In this document: in pieces, positions 7,388-14,167 of the stretch
Layout: each line of letters begins with the position of its first letter
Numbering within the stretch: the first letter of the stretch is position 1
Translations under genes and position numbers: made by a program
The notes under the pieces: model-generated
Seen by the model: only the letters and a program-made list of their open reading frames with translations
Databases searched by the model: none
Told to the model about the DNA's origin: nothing
From: Armatimonadota bacterium
GTDB taxonomy: Bacteria > Armatimonadota > Hebobacteria > GCA-020354555 > CP070648
NCBI GenBank assembly: GCA_020354555.1
Contig: CP070648.1
Coordinates: 685,278-699,444 of the forward strand
Direction: 5' to 3'
Length of the DNA: 14,167 nt

Positions 7388-8131
7388 ATGATCCTGATAC
7401 CCCTGGGCATCGTAGTGCTGTATCTCATTTCCGGCATACGTCTCCTGTACCAGTACGAGCGCGGCGTGGTGTTCACCCTCGGCGTGTACAAATCCACGCG
7501 CGAGCCGGGCTTGCGGTTCATCTGGCCGATCTTCCAGACCATGCGCAAGGTTGACATCCGGATCAAGACCGCCGACATTCCGCGACAGGAGGTCATGACC
7601 AAGGACAACATCCCAGTGCTTGCGAACACGGTGGTGTATTTCAAGGTGGTCAAGCCGGAGGACGCGATCATCAAGATCGAGGACTACGTGTTCGCGGTAC
7701 GCCAGTACACGCAGGCGGCGCTGCGGGACGTGGTGGGCAACCACGAGCTGGACTTCGTGCTCAGCGAGCGAGAGCAGATCGGCGGGGCCATCGGCGAGAT
7801 GGTGGAACAGGAGACGGCCGACTGGGGGGTGGCGATCGAGTCGATCAAGATACAGGAAATCGAGTTGCCCGCCGAGATGAAGCGGGCCATGGCCAAGCAG
7901 GCCGAGGCGGAGCGCGAGAGGCGGGCGGTGATCATCGCGTCCGAGGGTGAGCTGAGCGCGTCGGTCAATCTGCAGCAGGCGGCGTCGAACCTGTCCAAGG
8001 CCGAGGGTGCGCTGCATCTGCGGACGCTGCAGACCCTGCGCGACATCGCCGCCGATCCGTCGGAGAAGATCATTGCCTTCCTGCCCTCCGAGGCGATCGG
8101 CGTGGCGCGGCGACTCGCATCCGGGGAATGA
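7388..8131 (+). CDS. SPFH/band-7 domain membrane protein (stomatin/prohibitin-like, QmcA/YbbK type)
   Basis: N-terminal TM MILIPLGIVVLYLISGI is followed by a typical SPFH core (ERGVVFTLGVY..., IRIKTADIPRQEVMTKDNIPVLANTVVYFKVVKPEDAI, ALRDVVGNHELDFVLSEREQI) and a coiled-coil Ala/Glu/Arg-rich segment (AEMKRAMAKQAEAERERRAVIIASEGE). RBS GAGGAGG with a 6-nt spacer. The start is the ATG at 7388, not 7295. Confidence 0.9.
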   Translation: MILIPLGIVVLYLISGIRLLYQYERGVVFTLGVYKSTREPGLRFIWPIFQTMRKVDIRIKTADIPRQEVMTKDNIPVLANTVVYFKVVKPEDAIIKIEDYVFAVRQYTQAALRDVVGNHELDFVLSEREQIGGAIGEMVEQETADWGVAIESIKIQEIELPAEMKRAMAKQAEAERERRAVIIASEGELSASVNLQQAASNLSKAEGALHLRTLQTLRDIAADPSEKIIAFLPSEAIGVARRLASGE

Positions 8132-8137
8132 AAGATT

Positions 8138-8803
8138 ATGCTCGACCGCCGCGTACGATACCTGCAACTTGCGTTCAATGAGGACGTCGCCGAGGCCGCG
8201 CGGATTGTGCCGACGCTGCCGCAGGACGAGCGCATTCTGCTGGAGGCGGGGACGCCGTACGTCAAACGGGAGGGCCTGGCGGGGATAGGCAAGATCCGGT
8301 CGCTGTGGCCGGGCGGCCTGGTAGCCGATATCAAGACGACGGATGGCGGGGTGGAGGAAGTCGAGCTGGTGGCGGGGGTCGGGGCGACTGCGGCGACGGT
8401 GATGGGGAGCTGCCCGACCGAGACGCTGGACCGGTTCATCGCCGCCTGCCACGAGTGGGGGATTGACTCGTTGGTGGACATGCTGGGGGTAACCGATCCG
8501 CTGCACGTGCTGCGCCACCTGCGGAGGCCGCCGGCGGGAGTGGTGCTCCACCTGGGGCGCGACGAGGAGAGCACCCGCGGCAAGGTCATCCAGTACCGGC
8601 ACGTCACCCGCATCCGCAGCAAGTATGACGTTGCGATTTCCGCGGCAGGTGGGGTCGGCCTCAAGGAAGCCCGCACGGCGATTTTCAACGGCGCCAACAT
8701 CGTGGTCGCAAACATCGTGGCCACGGGCAAGCCGTGGAACGGCATCCCCGCGGAGGGCGACGTGGCAGGCCTGGCCCGTCAGTTTCTGGCGACGATAGAA
8801 TGA
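8138..8803 (+). CDS. OMP-decarboxylase-suprafamily TIM-barrel protein, 3-hexulose-6-phosphate synthase / 3-keto-L-gulonate-6-P decarboxylase (HPS/KGPDC)-like
   Basis: Starts 6 nt after the SPFH stop. Motifs match KGPDC/HPS. LQLAFNED corresponds to LQVALD on beta1. ILLEAGTP corresponds to IIEVGT (metal Glu). LVADIKTTDGG corresponds to the D-x-K-x-x-D motif. VVLHLGRDEE corresponds to VYHRSRD (His). SAAGGVGLKEARTAIFNGANIVVA corresponds to the C-terminal phosphate-binding GG loop. The conserved beta1 Asp appears to be Asn. Confidence 0.75.
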   Translation: MLDRRVRYLQLAFNEDVAEAARIVPTLPQDERILLEAGTPYVKREGLAGIGKIRSLWPGGLVADIKTTDGGVEEVELVAGVGATAATVMGSCPTETLDRFIAACHEWGIDSLVDMLGVTDPLHVLRHLRRPPAGVVLHLGRDEESTRGKVIQYRHVTRIRSKYDVAISAAGGVGLKEARTAIFNGANIVVANIVATGKPWNGIPAEGDVAGLARQFLATIE

Positions 8804-8986
8804 GGCGGCGGAACGCAGGCAGAGGTCGGCCCGCCTGCCTCGTGCCGGTCTCACGGCCCCCTAGCCACTGCACAAAGTGCCGGATCCCTGGCCGGAGTCG
8901 ATTCATCCCGCTGATCTGTCGCACCGGGAGAGGCATTGGCCCCGCGTGCCCCGGAATCCGGAGCTGCACCCTCGGGTGACGGGGCG

Positions 8987-8995
8987 TGTTATAAT
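8987..8995 (+). promoter_or_regulatory. Possible extended -10 promoter element TGtTATAAT
   Basis: A perfect TATAAT (8990-8995) preceded by TGn lies in an otherwise GC-rich intergenic region, about 60 nt upstream of the ATG at 9057. No convincing -35 is present. Confidence 0.3.
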
Positions 8996-9056
8996 GCGCC
9001 TGCGGCCATGGCCAGCCGCACACCGTCTTCTCGCGAGATGCCGCGACAGGTCGCTT

Positions 9057-9434
9057 ATGGGCTACTTCGATCCGGGAATCGGCGGGCTCGGCGTGACTAG
9101 TCTATTCACGCTCGTGGGCATCGCGTTGATGACGGCTTTCTTCACGTGGCTGAGCGGGTACCGGGGGTGGATCGCGGAGATCACCTTCGGCAACGCCCTG
9201 TCGTTTGGCTTCCTGTACGCCATCACTTACTGGGTGATATGGTTCGCCCTGTCGTTTAGCGGCGCACGCCCCTTGATCGCCTGGATCGTCAGCATCATCA
9301 TGCTACTCCTGCTAATCAAGAGAAGCTTCGCCGCGACCTGGCGGCGCGCGCTCGTTACGTGGCTGGTAACGGTAGCCGGACTAGCCGCAACAGGCATCGT
9401 GCTTGGAATGACAGTCTTCACCCGCTCCCAATGA
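9057..9434 (+). CDS. Small (125 aa) 4-TM membrane protein of unknown function
   Basis: The sequence is hydrophobic throughout (MGYFDPGIGGLGVTSLFTLVGIALMTAFF...). The likely start is the ATG at 9057; the track's 8877 start is preceded by non-coding-looking sequence. Codon usage is atypical for this genome (cta, aga, aag, ttt). The SD is weak. Confidence 0.5.
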   Translation: MGYFDPGIGGLGVTSLFTLVGIALMTAFFTWLSGYRGWIAEITFGNALSFGFLYAITYWVIWFALSFSGARPLIAWIVSIIMLLLLIKRSFAATWRRALVTWLVTVAGLAATGIVLGMTVFTRSQ

Positions 9435-9537
9435 GTCGGGCCCGGCACGCGACGGCGCCCCGATAAGCGTCCTACATCGCAATCGGCTCATCTGATGCGC
9501 AGCCTGCGCTCTAGCCCGAACTGAGCCGAACGTGGAC

Positions 9538-10374
9538 TTACCCGCTGCGCTTGAGCTTGCCGTGGCGCTTGCAGTAAGTCTCGGCGAGGCTGAAGACCCA
9601 CAGGCCGAGCGGAATCAACGCCACCGCCGTGACGATCAACGGCAGGATATCTCCCCACAGCTCGCGCATGCCGGCCCCATCGAGGATCGCCGCGCGCATG
9701 CCGTGCAGCGTGTAGGTTATCGGCGAGAACTGAGAGAAGAAGCGCAACCAGCCCGGCAGCACGTCAATCGGGTAGTACACGCCGCTGACCATGAGCAAGG
9801 CGGCCTCGAAGATGTTCGTCATCTGAGTGCCCTTTTCGGTGTAGATGAGGGGGAGCGCGGCGGCGGCCAGACCGAGCCCGACCAGCGACAACGTGGCGAT
9901 GGCGAGCACGGCGCATGCGCCGACGAGGTTGGCCGAGGCGAGGTCGATGTCAAACATGAGCGCGCACACGGCAGTCAGAATGACCAGCCTCCCGCCGGCG
10001 TAGCAGACCGAGAATGCAGTCATCCCGAACAGGTGCGTCGCGCGGGAGACGGGCGCCATGAAGGTGTGCTCGATGGTGCCCTCCCACCTCTCATAGGAGA
10101 TGACATTGCTCGTCTCCCAGAACAGCTCCGAGAGATAGCGCCACAGCAGCGAACCGGTCAACAGGTAGATCAGCACCTTGCCCACCGGCACGTCGGCGCC
10201 GCTGACCTGCCCAACGCCGACGGCGAGGAAGCCGATGGAGAGGACGATGGCGCTGGAGTAGATGAGCCAGCTCACTTCCCACGGCCAGTAGCGCTTCATC
10301 AGGGCGAAGCTGCGCCCGAGGAAGGCGTAGAACGGCCGCGCCTTGAGGCGGACCGTCATGGCTATTGCTTGCAT
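9538..10374 (-). CDS. ABC-2 type transporter permease
   Basis: Six-TM ABC-2 architecture with the typical N-terminal cytoplasmic helix (FYAFLGRSFALMKRYWPWEVSW) and a conserved C-terminal portion. RBS AAGGAG. It lies 54 bp downstream of the ATPase gene on the same strand, so the two form an operon. Confidence 0.85.
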   Translation of the reverse strand: MQAIAMTVRLKARPFYAFLGRSFALMKRYWPWEVSWLIYSSAIVLSIGFLAVGVGQVSGADVPVGKVLIYLLTGSLLWRYLSELFWETSNVISYERWEGTIEHTFMAPVSRATHLFGMTAFSVCYAGGRLVILTAVCALMFDIDLASANLVGACAVLAIATLSLVGLGLAAAALPLIYTEKGTQMTNIFEAALLMVSGVYYPIDVLPGWLRFFSQFSPITYTLHGMRAAILDGAGMRELWGDILPLIVTAVALIPLGLWVFSLAETYCKRHGKLKRSG

Positions 10375-10428
10375 CGCTTGATGGCTCCTTTGATTGGCGC
10401 GAACCGGTCCCCGCCGCGGCTCGCGGCA

Positions 10429-11262
10429 CTATCCGCGGTTTCCGTTATCTCGCGCTTCGAGCGACTTGCCGGTGAGCTCGATGAACACGTCCTCGAGAGT
10501 CGGCGCGGGGCGGTCGTCGCTGCGCACGCGGGCCTTGAGTTCGTCGGGCGTGCCTTCCGCGACGATCTTGCCGTCGGCCATGATTCCCACGCGGTGACAC
10601 AGGCGGTCCGCCTCCTCCATATCGTGGGTGGTAAACAGCATGGTTGCGTCGTGATCCCGTAGGACCGAGCGCAGGAAGCCATGCACGTCGCGTTTGGACT
10701 GCGGGTCGAGCCCGGTCGTCGGCTCGTCGAGGAGCAGCAAGACGGGCGAGGTGAACAGGCCGCGGGTGATCGCCACCTTCTGCTGCTGTCCGCGCGACAG
10801 GTTCTCAACGGAATCGTGGATGCGGTCGATGGGGAAGCCCATCACCTCAAGCATCGCTGTCGCCGTCTTCGCCGCCTCGCGGGGGTCCATGCCGTAGAGG
10901 CGCGCGGCGTAGAGCAAGTTCTCTATCGCCGAGAGTTTCTTGAAGAATGATGCTTCGACTGAGACGCGGTTGACGAGCTTGCGCACCGCGGCAGCCTCGC
11001 GCACCACGTCACGGCCGAACACGCTGGCGGCGCCCGCGTCGGGAAGCAGAAGTGTCGCGACAATGCGGACGAGCGTGGACTTGCCGGAACCGTTGGGCCC
11101 GAGCAGGCCGTAGATCTCGCCGCGGCGCACCTGCAGACTGACGGATGACAGTGCGGTGATCGTGCGCCACTTCTTCCCGTCGCCGTCGCCTTGCGCGCGA
11201 CCACGTTTCTGTCTGAATGACTTGGTGACGCCTTGCAGCGTCAACGGCAATGCTTCATGCAT
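10429..11262 (-). CDS. ABC transporter ATP-binding protein
   Basis: Walker [11 protein letters not shown]-loop, ABC signature LSRGQQQKV, Walker B LLLLDEP, and H-loop TTHDM. RBS GGAGG with a 9-nt spacer before the ATG at 11262. Confidence 0.9.
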   Translation of the reverse strand: MHEALPLTLQGVTKSFRQKRGRAQGDGDGKKWRTITALSSVSLQVRRGEIYGLLGPNGSGKSTLVRIVATLLLPDAGAASVFGRDVVREAAAVRKLVNRVSVEASFFKKLSAIENLLYAARLYGMDPREAAKTATAMLEVMGFPIDRIHDSVENLSRGQQQKVAITRGLFTSPVLLLLDEPTTGLDPQSKRDVHGFLRSVLRDHDATMLFTTHDMEEADRLCHRVGIMADGKIVAEGTPDELKARVRSDDRPAPTLEDVFIELTGKSLEARDNGNRG

Positions 11263-11368
11263 GTGTTCGGACCTCCGGAATGCGAGCGCCGGGAAGCAAC
11301 AGAGCCGCCGGCCTGGAATGACCCGCGGCTCATGAAGAGGGAAGCGATTGCTGAAGTGGGTGTTACGA

Positions 11369-11399
11369 GAACCGCGGGCTTGATCGGCGCCCGCGGTTC
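11369..11399. other. Perfect 11-bp GC-rich hairpin (gaaccgcgggc / gcccgcggttc, 9-nt loop) inside the 315-bp non-coding gap between the fusion gene and the ABC operon
   Basis: Positions 11369-11379 pair exactly with 11389-11399. There is no flanking U/T tract on either strand. It could be a terminator for the upstream gene, an attenuator or leader element of the ABC operon, or a protein-binding palindrome. Confidence 0.35.
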
Positions 11400-11577
11400 C
11401 TCACCGATTCGAGATAGGCCGGTGCGGAACGTGCATACGAGAGCGCGTGCGCCGTGTCACGCCGAGAGGACGGTATGGAACTCGATAGGATTGCGTACGC
11501 GCATGGTTGTCTCGCTGCTCGCCTCGTTCGTGCTTGAGGTTACGACGATCGAATAGTAGCGAGAAGCCGCAGGCTTG

Positions 11578-14167
11578 TCAAGATCCAAACCGAGGCGGCA
11601 ACGCGATTTCGACCAGAACAGTATCCACGTCGCGGTCGGCACCGACGGCGAGGATGGCTCCGGCTTCGTCGACGGCGACGCCGGCGCCGCCGTAAGTGCG
11701 GCCGGTCCACGGGCCGTGCGCAATCTGGCCGACCAGATCCACGCCGACGACGGGCGCGCCGATCGCGGTTGCGGCGGCGGCGACGGTATCGTGCAGCCGC
11801 TGGTGATGCTGCGGCCAGGCCTCTTCCCGTTCCGCCCACCCGTAGGGGACGATGACGAGCTGCGGCCGGCATCGGCGCATGGCGCCAAGGATGTCCTCGC
11901 GAAAGGTATCGGCGCAGATGAGCATCCCGATGCGGCCGAGGCGGGTCTCGACGGCGGCGATATCCTCGATGATCCCCTTGCTGTAGGGCGGTTCCATGAG
12001 CCAGTCCAAAGTGTTGATCTTGCGATGCTTGAGGAGCAGTGTGCCGTCGGAGTCGATGAGCGCGGCCGCGTCGTAGAGCTTGTCGCCGTCTTTCTCCGCG
12101 AGGCCGATGGCGAGCATCAGGCCGTACTCACGGGCGAGCGCACCGAGGCGCTCCGTGTCCTCGCCGGGGATGGCGTGTCCGCGCTTGTGCGCCTCGGGGT
12201 TGACCCAGCCGAGCAGAGACATCTCGGGGAAGCACGCGATATCGGCCCGTTGCTCGCGCGCGCGGGCGAGGGCGCGCTCGATGCGGGCGTAGTTGCCGCT
12301 CTTGTCGCCGTCGAGGCAGAGGATCTGACACATCGCCGCACGCAGGGTCATTGCTGTCTCGCGTCCAGGGGTCGTTGACTCGGTTTTCCCGCGGGCGAGG
12401 TATGGTTCCTGCCGCGCCGCGAATTGCCCACGCACGCTTCCGTCCGCGCCACGGATGACCGCCGCCGCCTCGCCCGGGAAGTCTTTCTGGTCGAGGCGGA
12501 GGGCGCCTTCCCGATCGGCGAAGGCGACGGTAACGATCTCGTCGCCGCGGTGCAGCCGTACGCCGGGGCATCGGCCCGGCAGGGCCTCGACTTCCACTAC
12601 TGCCGACGGCTCGCCTTCCCGCGCCACGGCGATGACGGTGATGAAGTCCGCGGTGCGAGCAGGCTCTGCGGTTTCGACGGTGAGATGCCATTCGGGCACG
12701 GTCTTGCCGGTCTCGGGTTCGAGCGGATAGCGGTCGGTCTGGGTGAAGCGGACTTTGGCCGGCGCGACGAAGCTGATGCGCGCCCGGGCATTGCCGTGCC
12801 GCAGCAGCACGGTGTTGTCGCGCTCGGATATCTCAAACGGGGAGCGCCCGTGCGCCAGCCACTGCACGGCAACCGGTTCGTCCGCGACCACGCGATCGTG
12901 GATGACGAAGACATCCGGGCGCACGAACATGATGCGGCGCGCGACCTCCCGCGCGTTGTCGTAGGCGGCGCCCGCATCGCCGGAGGTGTATGTGAAGCGC
13001 CCGTCGTGCCGGAAGGCAGTGATATTGCCCACCGCATTCGCGCTGCGCGACTGGCCTTCGCCGTTGACGAGGATGCAGTTGTGACTGAGCGTCGCCCAGT
13101 AGTACTGGCGGCAGAACTCGCTGCCGTACCACGGGCGGATGCCCGTGTTGACGAGCAGCGGTTCCCCATAGGCAGCAAGGACGATAGCATTCTGGTCGGC
13201 GTGGGCGTGGCTGATGTTGCCCATCGCACTGCTGCGGAACATGAGCTGGACGTCATCATCCGGATTGGCGAGATCGGTGTGCATCGCGACCCAGCCGGTG
13301 CCGCGGAAGAGCCTGGCGGTGGGCAAGTCGTCCGGCGACTTGGCCTCCGCCGGCGGTCGGGCGGCGCGCAGGAAGCCGATGGGCGTGTCCTCGTGTTCTG
13401 CCGCACCCCACGCTTCCGCGTACCACTTCCAGTACGGGTTGCCCACGGCATCGGCGAAGTAGTTGACGACTCGGCCCGCGCTGGACGGGGCGCCGCGCTC
13501 CCCGTAGTCGCCAAAGCCGCTGATCGGCGAACGCGGAGCGGCGCAATACAATGGGAAGTCGCCGACCTTGCTGAAGAACGGCTTCCGCGTGCCGTCAATG
13601 CCGGTCGCGACGTTGAGCGCGTCGAGCCACCACGTGACGCGGTTGATGTAGCTGTTCCAGTAGGCGATCCCCTCGGACCATCCGCCGTCGCTATCGGACC
13701 AGATGGGGTACCAGCCCCAGAAGATGGCGATGGCGTACTCGAGCCAGCGATCGGCCTCTTCGATCTCGTCGTGGTACGCGATCGCCGCCTCGCCGAGGAA
13801 GTGCCACATGCGGCCGCCGTGGCTGTCGTAGGCGCGCTGCTCGTAGGGGCGCCCGTGGAGTCGCCGGTAGGCCTCCTCGCCGCGGGCGCGAATCATGTCG
13901 CGCAGGACGCGGCGGTCGTCGTCGCTCAGCGCGTCGTGGATCCAGTCGTAGGCGCGCGAGGTGATATGGAGAATCGGCATGCCCGCCTCGTCGTTGACCT
14001 TGATGCTCGTGCTGCCCGCAGGATCCCACGACGCGATATGCAGCAACCACTCGCGAACGCGCTGCGCGTACTTCTTCTCGCCGCTGATGAGGTAGGCAAA
14101 CGCCATCGTCTCGATCCCGTTACACGCCTTGACCACTGCGCCGTAGTTGCGTCGCCACTCCGCGGCA
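11578..14167 (-). CDS. Bifunctional-looking fusion of an N-terminal heparinase II/III-like domain and a C-terminal carbon-nitrogen hydrolase (nitrilase-superfamily) domain; the 5' end runs past the window edge
   Basis: One uninterrupted minus-strand frame. The N-terminal part contains DGGWSEGIAYWNSY and the Hepar_II_III hallmark SSAMGNISHAHADQNAIVLAAYGEPLLVNTG (compare GHGHADALSFEL..GEPLLVDSG). The C-terminal 257 aa have the CN-hydrolase Glu-Lys-Cys triad context: MCQILCLDGD...ACFPEMSL (Glu), TLLLKHRKINT (Lys), GMLICADTF (Cys). The track's GTG 'start' at 14136 is not preceded by a stop, and the frame stays open to 14167, so the true N-terminus is outside the window. Confidence 0.8.
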   Translation of the reverse strand, partial: AAEWRRNYGAVVKACNGIETMAFAYLISGEKKYAQRVREWLLHIASWDPAGSTSIKVNDEAGMPILHITSRAYDWIHDALSDDDRRVLRDMIRARGEEAYRRLHGRPYEQRAYDSHGGRMWHFLGEAAIAYHDEIEEADRWLEYAIAIFWGWYPIWSDSDGGWSEGIAYWNSYINRVTWWLDALNVATGIDGTRKPFFSKVGDFPLYCAAPRSPISGFGDYGERGAPSSAGRVVNYFADAVGNPYWKWYAEAWGAAEHEDTPIGFLRAARPPAEAKSPDDLPTARLFRGTGWVAMHTDLANPDDDVQLMFRSSAMGNISHAHADQNAIVLAAYGEPLLVNTGIRPWYGSEFCRQYYWATLSHNCILVNGEGQSRSANAVGNITAFRHDGRFTYTSGDAGAAYDNAREVARRIMFVRPDVFVIHDRVVADEPVAVQWLAHGRSPFEISERDNTVLLRHGNARARISFVAPAKVRFTQTDRYPLEPETGKTVPEWHLTVETAEPARTADFITVIAVAREGEPSAVVEVEALPGRCPGVRLHRGDEIVTVAFADREGALRLDQKDFPGEAAAVIRGADGSVRGQFAARQEPYLARGKTESTTPGRETAMTLRAAMCQILCLDGDKSGNYARIERALARAREQRADIACFPEMSLLGWVNPEAHKRGHAIPGEDTERLGALAREYGLMLAIGLAEKDGDKLYDAAALIDSDGTLLLKHRKINTLDWLMEPPYSKGIIEDIAAVETRLGRIGMLICADTFREDILGAMRRCRPQLVIVPYGWAEREEAWPQHHQRLHDTVAAAATAIGAPVVGVDLVGQIAHGPWTGRTYGGAGVAVDEAGAILAVGADRDVDTVLVEIALPPRFGS

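Noticed and set aside
7361-8854. A 497-aa ORF and a 353-aa ORF on the minus strand under the SPFH and HPS-like genes
   Set aside because: They are antisense to two genes with unmistakable family motifs and RBSs. Their composition is Arg/Pro/Leu-rich and they contain no motifs.
9532-10808. Plus-strand 376-aa ORF and minus-strand 148-aa and 112-aa ORFs over the ABC permease and ATPase
   Set aside because: They are antisense or alternate-frame to clear ABC-2 permease and ATPase genes, low-complexity, and lack start signals.
11233-11556. A 107-aa plus-strand ORF spanning the gap between the fusion gene and the ABC ATPase
   Set aside because: Its third-position GC is far lower than in the real genes. 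It is Arg-rich and has no SD before either candidate ATG. Its 5' end overlaps the ATPase start. The region is more likely a non-coding leader, treated above as a regulatory-RNA candidate.
12128-13598. Minus-strand alternate-frame ORFs (333 aa Ser/Thr/Ala/Arg-rich, 187 aa Arg-rich) inside the fusion gene
   Set aside because: Their composition is low-complexity and they share the strand with, but a different frame from, an ORF carrying two sets of family motifs. They are shadow ORFs.
1-14167. A search for CRISPR repeats, IS/transposase or integrase genes, rRNA, and tandem direct repeats
   Set aside because: I found no repeated spacer-repeat periodicity, no recombinase or transposase motifs, and no rRNA-like conserved blocks. 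The window looks like ordinary chromosomal, non-mobile DNA.

Overview
This is a high-GC (roughly two-thirds G+C) bacterial chromosomal segment. Genes are densely packed and have strong GGAGG-type ribosome-binding sites. The six-frame track shows many long spurious antisense and alternate-frame ORFs, which is typical of high-GC DNA. I can support 12 protein-coding genes, given here in order.

1. A 5'-partial TrmH/SpoU-family RNA methyltransferase at the left edge, minus strand.
2. An FmdB-family zinc-ribbon protein, with a near-consensus sigma70-like promoter and a structured leader.
3. A secreted PQQ-type beta-propeller protein (BamB-like).
4. A polytopic membrane protein of unknown family.
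5. A 689-aa Sec-secreted protein of unknown function with a possible Cys-His-Asp core.
6. A LacD/tagatose-bisphosphate-family class I aldolase homologue.
7. An SPFH/band-7 (stomatin-like) protein, translationally coupled to gene 8.
8. A KGPDC/HPS-like (OMP-decarboxylase suprafamily) TIM-barrel protein.
9. A small 4-TM membrane protein with atypical codon usage.
10. An ABC-2 permease.
11. An ABC ATPase.
12. At the right edge, one continuous ORF that fuses a heparinase II/III-like domain to a C-terminal nitrilase-superfamily (CN-hydrolase) domain.

I found no rRNA, tRNA, CRISPR array, transposase or integrase. The items most worth a second look are:
- the heparinase II/III-CN hydrolase fusion;
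- the SPFH + KGPDC/HPS-like pair;
- the large secreted protein next to the orphan LacD-like aldolase;
- several cis elements: perfect hairpins and palindromes in leaders, two near-consensus promoters, and a 315-bp non-coding gap with a strong hairpin upstream of the ABC operon.

Every call rests on motifs read by eye from the sequence. No database searches were run.
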